From positions 128,001 to 192,000 of the forward strand of contig CAXXGO010000006.1 in assembly GCA_963666835.2 (NCBI GenBank): a stretch of DNA of 64,000 nt, given 5' to 3'. Every line of letters begins with the position of its first letter. The first letter of the stretch is position 1. The notes under the pieces are model-generated. The model did no database searches. It was given only the letters and a program-made list of their open reading frames with translations, and was not told where the DNA came from. A program made the translations under genes and the position numbers. Below, piece by piece: positions 39,332 to 50,676 of this stretch. Origin of the DNA: Phycisphaerae bacterium. GTDB lineage: Bacteria; Planctomycetota; Phycisphaerae; UBA1845.

Positions 39332-42300
39332 CTACCGCCGCCGGTGACCACGCTGGTCGGACTGGTCGCTTCGGTTCGACGTACCGGCCAGGCCGCGGAG
39401 AACGCCCCAGACCTGGGCAAGGAACCCGCGCGGAGTCGTGTCGGCCGAAGCGGCATTCTCGTCCGTGACGGCCATCGACTGCCCCCGGACCTGCACCGTT
39501 TCGGACGACAGATCTCGCTGAGCCCCATCCTCTTCGTCGTAGCCTGACCCGCGCATCACATCTTCAACCGACGCATCGTCGGCCTCGAAGACATCCTCGG
39601 CGGTGGCGTCGCCTACCTGAGCAAGCACCGGCGTGGTCGCGGCCGAGACTACCGATCTTGCCGCCGGGATCTCGATGTCACCAACCGGCACGTATGCCTC
39701 TTCCGGCTCCTCCGCATCCACGTCGAAGCCTATCTCCGCAGGCATCTGATCGTCACCCGGCATGACGTCGAAAGCATCGTCGAGCCCTTCAAGCGGGTTC
39801 ATCACCCCAAGCTGCTCGAGATCGTCTTCCGTTACATCGGAGGTTTCCTCCGTAGCGGCCGCAACTGCCGAGGCGTCCGGCTCGACCTTCACCGACCCGC
39901 GATCGTCGCGGGTTTCCGGCTCCGTCGCATCATGAACCGGCCCGGAGTCGTCAACGGAATCCGTCGGACCCGGAACGACCGGATCCGGAGTGACGACAAC
40001 GGCATCGCCGGAATCGGGTTCCGGAGCGACATCCACGACGTCGTCCGTCGGATCAGGCGCGGGCGACGAATCGTCAACCGGTGCATCATCAGGACTTGGA
40101 GCAATAGCATCCGCGTCACCGGGATCGGGCTGGGGCGGATTGTCCGGTACGACATCCGGTACGTCGATCGAATCCACCGGCTCGTCCGGCGCGACATCCG
40201 GTACGTCGTTTGAATCGACCGGCTCTTCCGGCGCGACATCCGGGGTCGGTTCGTCGTCTTGTCCCGCGATTCCACCCGTTGCCGGCGGGTCGGCCACCGG
40301 AGCGTCGTTGACCGTTACGGTCACCGTATCGGTGCTGGTACTTGTGCCGTCGCTGACCTCAACCTGGAATGTCAAAGTCGTCTGCTCAGAGACGTCCGGC
40401 GCGTCGAACGTCGGCTGGGCTGAACCGGGATCGCTCAACGTCACGGCCGGTCCGCCGGTCTGGGTCCAGGTGTAGGTCAAATTGCTGTCCGGCGCCTCAT
40501 CGGCCTCATAGACCCTGACATTGCTGAACAGGCTCTCCGCAGTTGCGCCGTTGACATCGTGGTCGTTGACAAACGTCAACCGGTCGAAACTGCCGGTGAA
40601 ATAGTCACCAACCCGAATTCGATAATGCTGCCATTCACCGGCCGAACCGTCGTACGAATCTTGCCCACCGATTCCCCAGTCCTGCGTTCCGTACAACTGG
40701 AAGGTCGTGTTTTCGCTGATCGCCCCGTCGGTATCGAAACCGATCCCATGTATCTCACCCTCAACGCCGCTACGGAAGTCAAACTCCAGAATGGTGTCCG
40801 CGGTGACCGTGTAGGGGTGGTCCGTGGATTTCCATCCGTTGCCGGTAAGGTGCAAAGTGGCGCCATCGTCCTCTATCGCCACGGTGGCACTGACATCCTG
40901 CTCGGCTCCCCCGTACGAGTCGACGTTACCGTCCTGGAAAGCAATCGGGCCCTCTTCCGCCGAGGCAGCCAGCGAAACCGTCTCGCCCTCCACAACTACC
41001 TGATCGGGTCCGGCATCGACGATCAACTCCGGCTCGTATTGGGCTTCGACCGTGATAGTCACGAGATCCGTTACCGTAGTCGTTCCGTCGAATGCGTTAA
41101 CCTGGAATACAAGCTCCGTATCCTCGTCCACCGCCGGGGCGTCGAATGTCGGATCGGCAGCGTTCACATCACTCAGAGTTACCGCCGGCCCGCCTACTTG
41201 CGTCCAGGTGTAGGTCATGTTGCCGTCCACGGCCTCGTCGGCCTCATAGACCCTGACATTGCTGAACAGGCTCTCTACGGTTGCGCCGCTGGCATCGTGG
41301 TCGTTGATGAACGTCAACCGGTCGAAATCGCCGGTGAAGTAATCGCCGACCCGGATTCGATAATGCTGCCACTCCCCGGCCGAGCCGTCGTACGGATCTT
41401 GCCCGTCGATTCCCCAGTCCTGCGTTCCGTACACCCGGAACGTCGTGTCTTCGCTCTGCAGACCATCGGTATCGAAGCCAATACCGTGGATCTCACCCTG
41501 GACACCGCTGCGGAAGTCGAACTCCAGGATTGTGTCTGCGGTGACCGTGTAGGGGTGGTCTATGGATTTCCACCCGTTTCCGGTGAGGTGCAGGGTTTCG
41601 CCATCATCCTCCACCACCATGGTGGCCTCGACATCCTGGTCAATTCCCCCGTACGAGTCGACGTTCCCTTCCTGGAAAGTCACCGGCGCTACCGCGCTGG
41701 CCGAGGCATTCAAAGAAACCGTCGCTCCCTCCGTGACATCCTGATCAGGTCCGGCAAAGACGATCAACTCGGCCGCCGGGGTGTCGTTTACATTGGCCAG
41801 ATCCGCAATCTGCTCCGCGGTCAAGACCGAATCATAGATCTGTAGTTCGTCGAGGCTTCCCTTGAAGTAGGCCGTTTCGGGATCACCATCGTTGAAGTCG
41901 AACGTCCGCCCGATGTCCTGAATGGGACTGGTGAGCACGCCGGCCGATCCGTTTGCACTCCCGCTGAGCACGCCATCCACGTAGACCTGCACCTGGCCGG
42001 TTTCCGCATCACGGGTGAACGCAACGTGATGCCATTGACCGTCGTTGATGGCGGTGTCGCTCCGGGCGCCGGATTCATCTCCGACCGAAATGCCGATCCG
42101 CCCCTGGTCATCAATGGCCCCCCACCGGATGTCGTTCGTGCCCCCGGACTGCTCACTGCCGACGATCGACGGTGAGTAGTAAGACTGGGGAACGCCGGTC
42201 TGATCCGTCTGGATCCACGCGGAGAGTGTTGCGGTGCCGTTCAGCCACTGACCCAAGTCCGTATCGGAGTGAACGTAATCGTCCACACCGTCAAACGTGA

Positions 42301-45300
42301 GCGCGTTGCCGTGCTGACCAGTGGACCACTCGTCCCCATCCATGTTCGTCAACGTGCCGTCCAAATCGCCGATGGACTCGTCCGAAGTCGTACCCGATGC
42401 TTCGTTGAACGACCACTGCGCCACCGGGGCCGGCGAAGCTGCCGAGGCGTCATCGCTAGCGTTGACGAGAATCGTCACCGTATCGATGCTGGTAGTCGTG
42501 CCATCGCTGACTTCAACCTGGAACGTAAGAGGCGTTTGCTCAGAAACATCCGGCGCCGTAAACGTCGGCTGCGTAGCGTTGGCATCGCTGAGCGTCACGG
42601 CCGGTCCGCCGGTCTGGGTCCAGGTGTAGGTCAGATTGTCGCCATCCAAATCGGATGACGCGGAAGCGTCCAGCGTTACCTCGACGCCTTCATCCACCGT
42701 CTGGTCCGCCCCGGCTTCGGCCACCGGGTCGTTGTTGGCCGCACCTACCGTCACATTGACCGTAGCCGTGTCCGTGCCGCCGTTGCCGTCGTCGACCGTA
42801 TAGGTGAAGCTGTCGGTGCCGCTAAAGTCAGCGTTCGGCGTGTAGGTAAACGTACCGTCACCGTTGTCGGTGACCGTACCGTTACTGCCCTGGGTGAACC
42901 CCGTGATGCTCAGAGTATCACCGTCGGGGTCGGTATCGTTAGCCAGCACATTGCCCGTAGTGACGGCCGTATCCTCGGTGGTGGCCACCGCGTCATCGAC
43001 AGCGTTTGGAGCCGTGGTCGTGCTTTCAACGGGTTCAGCGGCGGTCGTTGTCGGCGGGACCTTACCCCCGGAGTAGACGACCTTTGTAGGGGAGGTGAAG
43101 TCCTCGCTATAGGTGTAAGCGTTGTCACTCAGGTCGAACTGACCGCTCGCGCGCTCAACCGTGAGCGTGCCGCTCGTGAAGTTACCGACGGATAACGCAT
43201 CCAGATCGCCATCGATCGTGATTGTGGCGTTGTCGCTGATCTCGTCACCAGCCGAGATGGATCCGACATTGCCACCGACGTTAACGGTGCCCTTGAGGTC
43301 ATCCCCGACGTCGAGCGTCCCCAGATCGCCGCCCACATTGACGACGCCGAGTAGTTCGTCCCCGGACCCGTCAGCCTGGACGGAGATGGTAGTCACGCTG
43401 CCGGTGACGTCGACGTTACCGCTGAGCCTCCCGCCGGAAAGCGTGGTCAGATCCCCACCGACGGAGATGTCTTTGGCGATACCAGCGCCGGCCGTGATAC
43501 TGTCGGCACTACCGCCAATTGTGATCGCGCCATCGTATTTGATCTCATCACCGGCCGAGATGGATCCGACACTGCCGCCGATGGTGACGGAGCCCTTGAC
43601 GTCGTCCCCGACATCGAGGGTCCCCAGATCACCCCCTACGGAGAGGTTGCCGAGCATTTCGTTCGAACCACCCTCGGCCTGCAGCGTGATGGTGGTCACG
43701 CTTCCGGTGACGTTGACGTCACCGCTGAGTCCCCCGCTGGAGAGCGTGGTCAGATCCCCACCGACGGAGATGTCCTTGGCGATACCGGCGCCGGCCGTGA
43801 TACTTCCGGCATCACCGCCGATCGTGATCGCGCCGTCGTATTTGATCTCATCGCCGGCCGAGATAGATCCGACGTTGCCGCCGACGGTTACGGAGCCCTT
43901 AAGGTCATCCCCGATGTCGAGGGTCCCCAGATCACCGCCTACCGAGAGGTTGCCGAGCATCTCGTCCGAACCACCCTCGGCCTGCAGTGTGATAGTCCCG
44001 GCGTCTCCTGTAACACTGACATCGCCAACGATCCGGCTGACCTGCAGGGTAGTGAGGTTACCTGTGACAGACAAGTTCGCATCCAGGCTATCCGCTGACA
44101 CACTCCCGACATTGCCGTTTACGGTGACGTCAGCCTCGATGTCATCGTCAACGACTACCGAGTCGACGTGAGCGTTGACTGTAGTAGCAGTCTCGATGTC
44201 ACCTTCGCAGTGCAAGGTGCCGATAGTGCCGTTTCCCCCACCAACAGTGATCGCACCGATGCCGGTGCCGTCGGCAATCGTCACGGTGTCCAGGTTGACG
44301 TTGCTCGATAGGGCTCCCAATTCGGTATCCAGAGTTATGTTGTCGACGTTGAGATTCGCTCCGGTGAGATCGGTGATGCTCAGCGTGGAAGCGGTGCTTG
44401 CACCGTCGGCGTCGGAGATCGTCAGCGTGTTGGAATCGGCAGCATACGAGAAGTCAACGGTGCCGCCGCCGGTCATCTCGACCTTGAACGCCTCGTCTCC
44501 TTCGATGAAGACGCTCGTTCCGCTGACGGCCGTACCGGTGTAGTCACCGTGGAGGACGGTAGCACTTACATCCCCGAACTGAATGGACTCGATGTTCGAG
44601 TGATTGATCGTGAACGACTCGCCGTTGCCCATGTCAATGGTCAAAGCTCCGTCGCTGAACGAAGCGTCGGCCAAGTTATAGCCACTTAGATCCAGCGTGT
44701 CGTTGCCGCCACCGCCGTCGACCGTGTAGGTCTCCCCGGCCACAGCGTGGTTGAAGTCGATTACGTCATCGCCTTCGGTGCCGGCTATCTCGGCGAGCGA
44801 GCCCTCATAGGCTGCTGCTTCGACAACATCTATATCGGTGTCTATGCCCGCGGCCAGTTCCGCCTCACCGCCGGCGGATACGGCCTCGAGATCCCAGTCA
44901 CCGCCGGCCCCGGTAACGTCGTTCGAGCCGAATACTTCGGTGCCGGTTAAGCCCGACAGAGTATTGAGAAGATCCTGCCCTTCACCGGAACCGTCAACGA
45001 CGTTGCAGCCGTACGCATAGATATTGGCGTCTTCAGTGAAGTTGTCGGCCAGAGACTGCCATGCGGCCGATTGCTCTGCAGACATCTCAGAGGTAACCGT
45101 CTCGTTCCCGAGGTCGAATTGTCCACCCTCCCCGTGGGAGAGAATCGACAGCGATTCGATCTGGGCGCCTTCGGACTCGGACAGAGCTTCCACCCGAGCC
45201 AGTACGGCGGCCGCCGACTCGTTGGCACCGTCGTACTCGATTACCGTGGCGCCTTCTTCCACGGCATCCGCCAGCACCTCGGTATCTTCCAGGGTCGAGT

Positions 45301-45973
45301 CAATCAGCACGATCTTGAGCGGCGTTACCTCGGCCGAGGTTTCGTCTTCGATCAGACCCGCCTCGTCCGCATCGTCGTCAACGTCGGCCTCGACGCTATC
45401 CTCGGCGTCGTCGACAGCGTCGTCTTCCACAACGGCTTCGGTATCACCGGCCGATTCAGCATCCTGGTCCACCTGCTCGCCGTCGTCGACGTCGGGCAAC
45501 CCGGCCTCGGCTTCAGCTTCCGAGGTCTCGGTCGCTTCCTCTGCAGACACCGCCTCCTCCAAACCGGCATCAGCTTCGTCGACCGGCTCGGTGGCAAAGT
45601 CCGGGTCGGCGTCCGCGATTATGGGAGCACTTTCCTCCGACGTGGGTTCATCGAAGCCGTCGAAGAGTCCTTCACCACCATTGTCGTCAATCGTGGCAAT
45701 GGTGACCTCGGCCGCCTCGGCATCGAACACGTCCTCCCCGGCGCCGTCGGCTTCGGTGTCGGGCGCGTCATCCACATCGACCCAGGTGGCCGAAAGGAGA
45801 ATACGTTCTTCGAGCGCTTCAGTGCGGAACGACGGCTTGGCAACGGTGCCAAACTCTTCCTTGGTCTCACGGACCCGACGATCCTTGCGTTTGCGGATTT
45901 GACGTAGCTGCTTCTTGCGCTTGCTCACGTTGGTGCTCCCCGGTTTGGTTTGGACCTGCGCCTTATCGGTCAC
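39332..45973 (-). CDS. Giant acidic secreted protein: LEPR-XLL motif, DUF4347, beta-helical repeats, cadherin-like/Ig, PKD, LamG, two jelly-roll-like modules
   Basis: [27 protein letters not shown] (DUF4347); [40 protein letters not shown] (LamG). Confidence 0.85.
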   Translation of the reverse strand: MTDKAQVQTKPGSTNVSKRKKQLRQIRKRKDRRVRETKEEFGTVAKPSFRTEALEERILLSATWVDVDDAPDTEADGAGEDVFDAEAAEVTIATIDDNGGEGLFDGFDEPTSEESAPIIADADPDFATEPVDEADAGLEEAVSAEEATETSEAEAEAGLPDVDDGEQVDQDAESAGDTEAVVEDDAVDDAEDSVEADVDDDADEAGLIEDETSAEVTPLKIVLIDSTLEDTEVLADAVEEGATVIEYDGANESAAAVLARVEALSESEGAQIESLSILSHGEGGQFDLGNETVTSEMSAEQSAAWQSLADNFTEDANIYAYGCNVVDGSGEGQDLLNTLSGLTGTEVFGSNDVTGAGGDWDLEAVSAGGEAELAAGIDTDIDVVEAAAYEGSLAEIAGTEGDDVIDFNHAVAGETYTVDGGGGNDTLDLSGYNLADASFSDGALTIDMGNGESFTINHSNIESIQFGDVSATVLHGDYTGTAVSGTSVFIEGDEAFKVEMTGGGTVDFSYAADSNTLTISDADGASTASTLSITDLTGANLNVDNITLDTELGALSSNVNLDTVTIADGTGIGAITVGGGNGTIGTLHCEGDIETATTVNAHVDSVVVDDDIEADVTVNGNVGSVSADSLDANLSVTGNLTTLQVSRIVGDVSVTGDAGTITLQAEGGSDEMLGNLSVGGDLGTLDIGDDLKGSVTVGGNVGSISAGDEIKYDGAITIGGDAGSITAGAGIAKDISVGGDLTTLSSGGLSGDVNVTGSVTTITLQAEGGSNEMLGNLSVGGDLGTLDVGDDVKGSVTIGGSVGSISAGDEIKYDGAITIGGSADSITAGAGIAKDISVGGDLTTLSGGRLSGNVDVTGSVTTISVQADGSGDELLGVVNVGGDLGTLDVGDDLKGTVNVGGNVGSISAGDEISDNATITIDGDLDALSVGNFTSGTLTVERASGQFDLSDNAYTYSEDFTSPTKVVYSGGKVPPTTTAAEPVESTTTAPNAVDDAVATTEDTAVTTGNVLANDTDPDGDTLSITGFTQGSNGTVTDNGDGTFTYTPNADFSGTDSFTYTVDDGNGGTDTATVNVTVGAANNDPVAEAGADQTVDEGVEVTLDASASSDLDGDNLTYTWTQTGGPAVTLSDANATQPTFTAPDVSEQTPLTFQVEVSDGTTTSIDTVTILVNASDDASAASPAPVAQWSFNEASGTTSDESIGDLDGTLTNMDGDEWSTGQHGNALTFDGVDDYVHSDTDLGQWLNGTATLSAWIQTDQTGVPQSYYSPSIVGSEQSGGTNDIRWGAIDDQGRIGISVGDESGARSDTAINDGQWHHVAFTRDAETGQVQVYVDGVLSGSANGSAGVLTSPIQDIGRTFDFNDGDPETAYFKGSLDELQIYDSVLTAEQIADLANVNDTPAAELIVFAGPDQDVTEGATVSLNASASAVAPVTFQEGNVDSYGGIDQDVEATMVVEDDGETLHLTGNGWKSIDHPYTVTADTILEFDFRSGVQGEIHGIGFDTDGLQSEDTTFRVYGTQDWGIDGQDPYDGSAGEWQHYRIRVGDYFTGDFDRLTFINDHDASGATVESLFSNVRVYEADEAVDGNMTYTWTQVGGPAVTLSDVNAADPTFDAPAVDEDTELVFQVNAFDGTTTVTDLVTITVEAQYEPELIVDAGPDQVVVEGETVSLAASAEEGPIAFQDGNVDSYGGAEQDVSATVAIEDDGATLHLTGNGWKSTDHPYTVTADTILEFDFRSGVEGEIHGIGFDTDGAISENTTFQLYGTQDWGIGGQDSYDGSAGEWQHYRIRVGDYFTGSFDRLTFVNDHDVNGATAESLFSNVRVYEADEAPDSNLTYTWTQTGGPAVTLSDPGSAQPTFDAPDVSEQTTLTFQVEVSDGTSTSTDTVTVTVNDAPVADPPATGGIAGQDDEPTPDVAPEEPVDSNDVPDVAPDEPVDSIDVPDVVPDNPPQPDPGDADAIAPSPDDAPVDDSSPAPDPTDDVVDVAPEPDSGDAVVVTPDPVVPGPTDSVDDSGPVHDATEPETRDDRGSVKVEPDASAVAAATEETSDVTEDDLEQLGVMNPLEGLDDAFDVMPGDDQMPAEIGFDVDAEEPEEAYVPVGDIEIPAARSVVSAATTPVLAQVGDATAEDVFEADDASVEDVMRGSGYDEEDGAQRDLSSETVQVRGQSMAVTDENAASADTTPRGFLAQVWGVLRGLAGTSNRSDQSDQRGHRRR
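43230..44000 (-). repeat. 303-bp (101-aa) intragenic tandem repeat, about 2.5-3 copies
   Basis: ccccagatc recurs at 43319, 43622, 43925; unit [29 protein letters not shown]. Confidence 0.8.
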
Positions 45974-46296
45974 AGGTACGCCCGAATGTACCCACTGAAA
46001 ACGTACGAAACAGACTTCACCTGAGCAAACCTACAGTGACGTTTGGTTGTCACTTATTATCGGCGGTATCGTGGTCGGCGGACCTGCGGGCACTCCGGGC
46101 GCGTTACCGGAGCCTATAACAAACGCGGGCCGAGTGAGACTCGCGGCGCGCCGCTCCGCTCGGTGACATGCGGCATGCACCGCAGCGCCGCGTTGAGGTT
46201 CGTCCGCGGCAGCTCTCCCTCCCAACGCGCTGAGGACGTGCAATACTTCACACGCCCCGCGCCTCTGTTTAGTACAGGAGAAAACCCGCCCCTGCC

Positions 46297-46324
46297 TTGA
46301 CAGTGCCTGCGTAGCGGGTAGAGT
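46297..46324 (+). promoter_or_regulatory. Candidate sigma70 promoter
   Basis: TTGACA-16 nt-TAGAGT. Confidence 0.4.
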
Positions 46325-46483
46325 ATAGCAACAGCGCGTGCTGGATAGTCGAAAGACTTCGCATCCGTGCTTGCGGGCGTCCTATTTTGCCCGCCAGCGA
46401 TCGGAAGACTTAGCACACCTCGCACCACGTGGAGGTGTGTCGTGGGGTTTTTCTGGTTATTCACATATCTTAGGGAGCACGCC

Positions 46484-46924
46484 ATGCTCAGAACAACCCA
46501 GCTCAAGGTGATTCTCACCGCGTTCGTTGTCGTGTGGGCCGTCCTCGCCGTGGTAATGGGGCAGGCACAGGGTGTGTCACCCTTCCTTTGCCTGCTCCCG
46601 GCCTCCCTGGTCCTGATAGTCGCACTACCTTCGGCAACCGGCCTTACGCGCAGGCTGTGGTTCCTGCCGGCGTTGGCTCTATGGTCGGGCATCACCGTTC
46701 CGGCGATGTTATTGACCTTTCGGTGGGCGGCCGGGTTGAGCAGCAGGTGCGATCAACTGTTTTTTGCCTGCGGGCTGTTCGCGGCGCTGGCGTTTCTTAC
46801 CTTGTGGGCGGTCAGCGGCGTTAGGACCCGGTGGGCTCGGCAGACGGGAGCAAACCGCGGCGCCGGTCGCGGACGGCACGCGGTCGGCTGCTCTTCAGGC
46901 ACCGGACACATAGAGAGTCTGTAA
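46484..46924 (+). CDS. Small multi-pass membrane protein, function unknown
   Basis: RBS AGGGAG; about 4 hydrophobic segments; followed by a terminator. Confidence 0.7.
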   Translation: MLRTTQLKVILTAFVVVWAVLAVVMGQAQGVSPFLCLLPASLVLIVALPSATGLTRRLWFLPALALWSGITVPAMLLTFRWAAGLSSRCDQLFFACGLFAALAFLTLWAVSGVRTRWARQTGANRGAGRGRHAVGCSSGTGHIESL

Positions 46925-46939
46925 TAAACCAAACGAAAC

Positions 46940-46977
46940 GGGGGAGCCGGATGAGCCCGGCTCCCCCCCCTTTTTTT
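46940..46977 (+). terminator. Intrinsic terminator
   Basis: gggggagccgg-atgagc-ccggctccccc then T7. Confidence 0.85.
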
Positions 46978-47120
46978 ATGCGCACCGACTGCAACACCGG
47001 TGGCCCCGCACCGCTCAGGAGCAGCGTCACACCCGCCCGGGTGAAGCCCCTCCGAGCGACACGTCCTGTAGCCCCACGGCGTAAGCCTGGGGCAACCGCT
47101 CGGGCCATCGCGGGTTTTGC

Positions 47121-47149
47121 GGCAGGTCTCGTGCCTCGACCTGCCCTGC
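47121..47149. repeat. Degenerate REP family A copy
   Basis: ggcaggtctcgtgcctcgacctgccctgc. Confidence 0.6.
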
Positions 47150-47324
47150 AGGTTCGCGCGCGGGGGGGCCATGCCGGGCGCCGGGACCGCACGCATGTGG
47201 TACGTCATCCTACGTCCCGATGATGCTCAATCGTCTTGGATGTCGACGCGGTAGGCACGCAGAGGACACAGCAAACCGAGCCGTGCCCACGCAAGCGTGG
47301 GGCATGCCACCCACCACCCGTTAC

Positions 47325-47437
47325 GAAAGGCGGGACGTCGTAAGTGACGTGGCTGACAAGAGTTACGAACGACAGGCAACCCCTGACAAACAGCGGGTGA
47401 TGGGACTTGAACCCACGACATTCACGTTGGCAACGTG
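47325..47437. repeat. Left att direct repeat, including the 3' 46 nt of tRNA-Gly at 47392-47437
   Basis: Matches 59018-59130 with 4 mismatches (47328, 47335, 47380, 47386). Confidence 0.95.
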
Positions 47438-47927
47438 TGAGCCCCGAGTACAAGCCTTGAAACCACAAGGGGTTACGGACGGGGGTGCATTCGCTTACAC
47501 CAATGCTTACACCGAATCTCAGAATCCGGTACGCCCCGAGGCCGCCGAAGTGGTCAACGAAACCGGGGGCGGAGACTCCGGCCGGCGGGCGTCCGACGAA
47601 GGCGACCGGACCGCGGAGGGGGCTGCCATCCCTCCCGAGGATGCGGCCGTTGCCGGGGCCGATGTCGAGACCAACGCCGGGCCGGATGCCGCGACCACCA
47701 CGGGGGCGGATGTCGAGACCGCCACGGGGGCGGGTGCTCAGGCGTTGGTCGATGCCCTGGCCATGCTGGACCGGCTTCCGCTGACGGACGCGGAGCGAGC
47801 CGAGGCCGTTCGTCGGTTGCTGGGCAGGCCGGGCGGACCGGGGGAGGTGCAACCCGAATTGGAGGACTCGACCGGACCGGAAGACACGACCGGCCGGGAG
47901 CCGACGGGAGGCGGGGCCGATGCGTGA
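47438..47927 (+). other. Orphan reading frame in frame with the integrase across att (putative attP-form C-terminal tail, 163 aa)
   Basis: ORF 47220-47927 reads KQRVMGLEPTTFTLAT, as the integrase end does, then continues CEPRVQ...GGGADA. Confidence 0.55.
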
Positions 47928-48249
47928 CCTTCCGTGCAATGTACTCCAGAGCTTCGGGCGTGTTGCCCGTGGGGTGCGGGTGTGCGTGGACGGTTGGCCG
48001 CGCGGACAGCGAATCCGGCGGGACCGGTTGCGGTGCGGAGCGCGCCAACGGGAGAGCCCCCGAAGTGTCCGTCCGCGGTTGGCTCGGTGCGGAATCGGGC
48101 GGAACGCGGTCTCGGTTGCCGGGAAAGGTAGCAAAGCTGTGGCGGGAATCTCACCAACGGGGGCGGAATGTCCCTTGAAATATCAGGACTCAATATGTTA
48201 CAGTGGCGGTTTCATGGTCTAGCTCGGTCTCTTGCTGTGAGGGGATATC

Positions 48250-50475
48250 ATGTTGCGAGCACGTTCCGCAATGTTCTTTGTTCTTGTGGTTCTGGTCTGT
48301 CTTCCGCCAGTGGGTGTCGGTGGAACCGTCACCGAGATCATTTACGGTCAGAACACCCTCAATTGGCCGCGCGGCATTGCCGTAGACGATGCAGGCGCCA
48401 CATACGTTGCAGGCTACCACAATGCTCTCAAGATCACGTCGGACGGAGTCATCACCGAGATCATCGACGCGCTAGGCGACGGCAAGGGAAACGCGCTCGA
48501 GTACTCCTCCGGCATCGCCGTGGACGATTCCGGAATCGTCTACGTCGCAGGATCCTACAGCAACAACGCCTTCAAGATCACTCCGGACGGAGCCATCACG
48601 GAGATTATCGACTCGACCGGCGATAACATGGGGAACGAACTTGGTGACCCGTCCGGCATCGCCGTAGACGACTCCGGGAACGTCTACGTTGCTGGAGGTT
48701 CAAGCAATAACGCTTTTCGGATTTCGCCGGACGGGATTATCACCGAAATGGTCGATCAAACTGGCGACGGATTGGGGAACACGCTTGATGGGCCGTGCGG
48801 CGTTTCCGTGGACGGTTTGGGCAATGCATACGTCGCTGGTGTTGCAAGTAACAACGCTTTCAAGATTACACCAGACGGAACCATCACCGAGATCATCGAC
48901 GCGACGGGCGACGGATTGGGGAACACGCTTGACGGGCCAGAGTGTATCGCCGTGGATAGCTCGGGCAATGCCTACGTGACAGGACACTGGAGTCACAACG
49001 CCTTCAAGATCACTCCGGACGGAGCCATCACGGAGATTATCGACGGGACTGGGGACGGCAATGGAAAGACGCTTGAGTGGTCGCATGGCATCGACGTGGA
49101 CGACTCCGGAAACGTCTACGTTGCTGGAGGTTCAAGCAATAACGCTTTTCGGATTTCGCCGGACGGGATTATCACCGAAATGGTCGATCAAACTGGCGAC
49201 GGATTGGGGAACACGCTTGACGGGCCAGAGTGTATCGCCGTGGACACTTCCGGAAACGTCTACGTTGCCGGGAAGCGAAGCAACAACGCTTTTCAGATTT
49301 CGCCGGACGGGATTATCACCGAGATCGTCGATCAAACTGGCGACGGATTGGGGAACACGCTTGACGCGCCGCGCGGCATCGCCGTGGACGATTCGGGCAA
49401 TGTGTACGTCGCTGGTGTTGCAAGTAACAACGCTTTCAAGATCACGCCGGACGGGATCATCACCGAGATCATTGACAGGACCGGAGACGGCAATGGAAGA
49501 GCGCTTGTGTGGTCACACGGCATCGCCGTGGACGATTCGGGCAATGTGTACGTGACAGGATACTGGAGTAACAACGCCTTCAAGATCACACCAGACGGAA
49601 CCATCACCGAGATCATCGACGCGACGGGCGACGGTATGGGGAACGCTCTTTTCGCCCCGTTCGGCATCACCGTAGACGAGTCAGGCAACGCGTACGTTAC
49701 TGGACTCAGCAGCGATAACGCCTTTCAGATTACGCCGGACGGGGTCATAACCGAGATCATTGACAGGGCCGGGGACGGCAGAGGAAACACGCTCGTCGAT
49801 CCGCGGAGCATCGCCGTGGATAGCTCGGGCAATGCCTACGTGACAGGACACTGGAGTCACAACGCCTTCAAGATCACTCCGGACGGAGCCATCACGGAGA
49901 TTATCGACGGGACTGGGGACGGCAATGGAAAGACGCTTGAGTGGTCGCATGGCATCGACGTGGACGACTCCGGAAACGTCTACGTTGCCGGAGCTTCAAG
50001 CGACAACGCTTTTCGGATCACGCCGGACGGGATCATCACCGAGATCATCGACTCGACGGGCGACGGCAGAGGACACACGCTTGATTATCCGACCGGTATT
50101 ACCGTAGACGCCTCAGGCGCCGCCTATGTTGCTGGATACTCCAGCCACAACGCCTTCAAGATTACGCCGGACGGGATCATCACCGAGATCATCGACTCGA
50201 CGGGCGACGGCAATGGAAGAACGTTCGGGTGGGCGCACGGCATCGCCGTGGACGACTCGGGCAACGTCTTCGTGACGGGATATGTCACTGACAACGCCTT
50301 CCGGATCGAACTATGCGACACGCTGACGGACTATCCCCTATTCGAGGACTGCTGGGCCGCAAGCGGGCCGGGGGCGGTTGTCGACCAGAGCTGCGCTTGT
50401 CCCGATGATGATGCCGACGGCGACGTAGATCTGGCCGACTTTGCCCGGTATCAATTGACGTTCGTGGGGCCGTGA
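48250..50475 (+). CDS. Secreted NHL/SBBP-type beta-propeller repeat protein (14 x 48 aa) with dockerin-like C-terminus; element cargo
   Basis: RBS GAGGGG; signal peptide; GIAVDDSGNVYVAG..SNNAFKITPDG repeats; DADGDVDLADFARYQ. Confidence 0.88.
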   Translation: MLRARSAMFFVLVVLVCLPPVGVGGTVTEIIYGQNTLNWPRGIAVDDAGATYVAGYHNALKITSDGVITEIIDALGDGKGNALEYSSGIAVDDSGIVYVAGSYSNNAFKITPDGAITEIIDSTGDNMGNELGDPSGIAVDDSGNVYVAGGSSNNAFRISPDGIITEMVDQTGDGLGNTLDGPCGVSVDGLGNAYVAGVASNNAFKITPDGTITEIIDATGDGLGNTLDGPECIAVDSSGNAYVTGHWSHNAFKITPDGAITEIIDGTGDGNGKTLEWSHGIDVDDSGNVYVAGGSSNNAFRISPDGIITEMVDQTGDGLGNTLDGPECIAVDTSGNVYVAGKRSNNAFQISPDGIITEIVDQTGDGLGNTLDAPRGIAVDDSGNVYVAGVASNNAFKITPDGIITEIIDRTGDGNGRALVWSHGIAVDDSGNVYVTGYWSNNAFKITPDGTITEIIDATGDGMGNALFAPFGITVDESGNAYVTGLSSDNAFQITPDGVITEIIDRAGDGRGNTLVDPRSIAVDSSGNAYVTGHWSHNAFKITPDGAITEIIDGTGDGNGKTLEWSHGIDVDDSGNVYVAGASSDNAFRITPDGIITEIIDSTGDGRGHTLDYPTGITVDASGAAYVAGYSSHNAFKITPDGIITEIIDSTGDGNGRTFGWAHGIAVDDSGNVFVTGYVTDNAFRIELCDTLTDYPLFEDCWAASGPGAVVDQSCACPDDDADGDVDLADFARYQLTFVGP

Positions 50476-50571
50476 CGACCGCGTCCGGTGGCGGTTGGGC
50501 GGCGCTCGAGGGTGCCGCGTACGGGCCGATTGACCTACCGGGTGACCACCTGGACCCCCCCGAAGCGGTTT

Positions 50572-50611
50572 GGGTCCTTCCGGAGGGGTAGGCCGGGGGG
50601 GGGGACCCCCC
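50572..50611 (+). other. Putative cos-like packaging site
   Basis: GGGTCCTTCCGG (lambda cosQ is GGGTCCT) then GGGGGGGGACCC, directly upstream of the TerS-like gene. Confidence 0.4.
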
Positions 50612-50676
50612 AGCATCGGCTGAAAAAAACGCGCGGGGGGTAAAAAAGTATGTCCTGTCCTACCGGAGTACAGACA

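Noticed and set aside
47392..47437. Second tRNA-Gly gene
   Set aside because: Only the 3' 46 nt are present; the D-arm and 5' acceptor strand are missing, so it is the att duplicate
47220..47437. 5' part of ORF 47220-47927 as a genuine gene start
   Set aside because: It crosses REP-like sequence and the att repeat and has no convincing RBS; only the part after att is considered meaningful
48250..50475. Diversity-generating retroelement acting on the repeat protein
   Set aside because: No reverse transcriptase; duplicated blocks are identical or differ without adenine-specific bias
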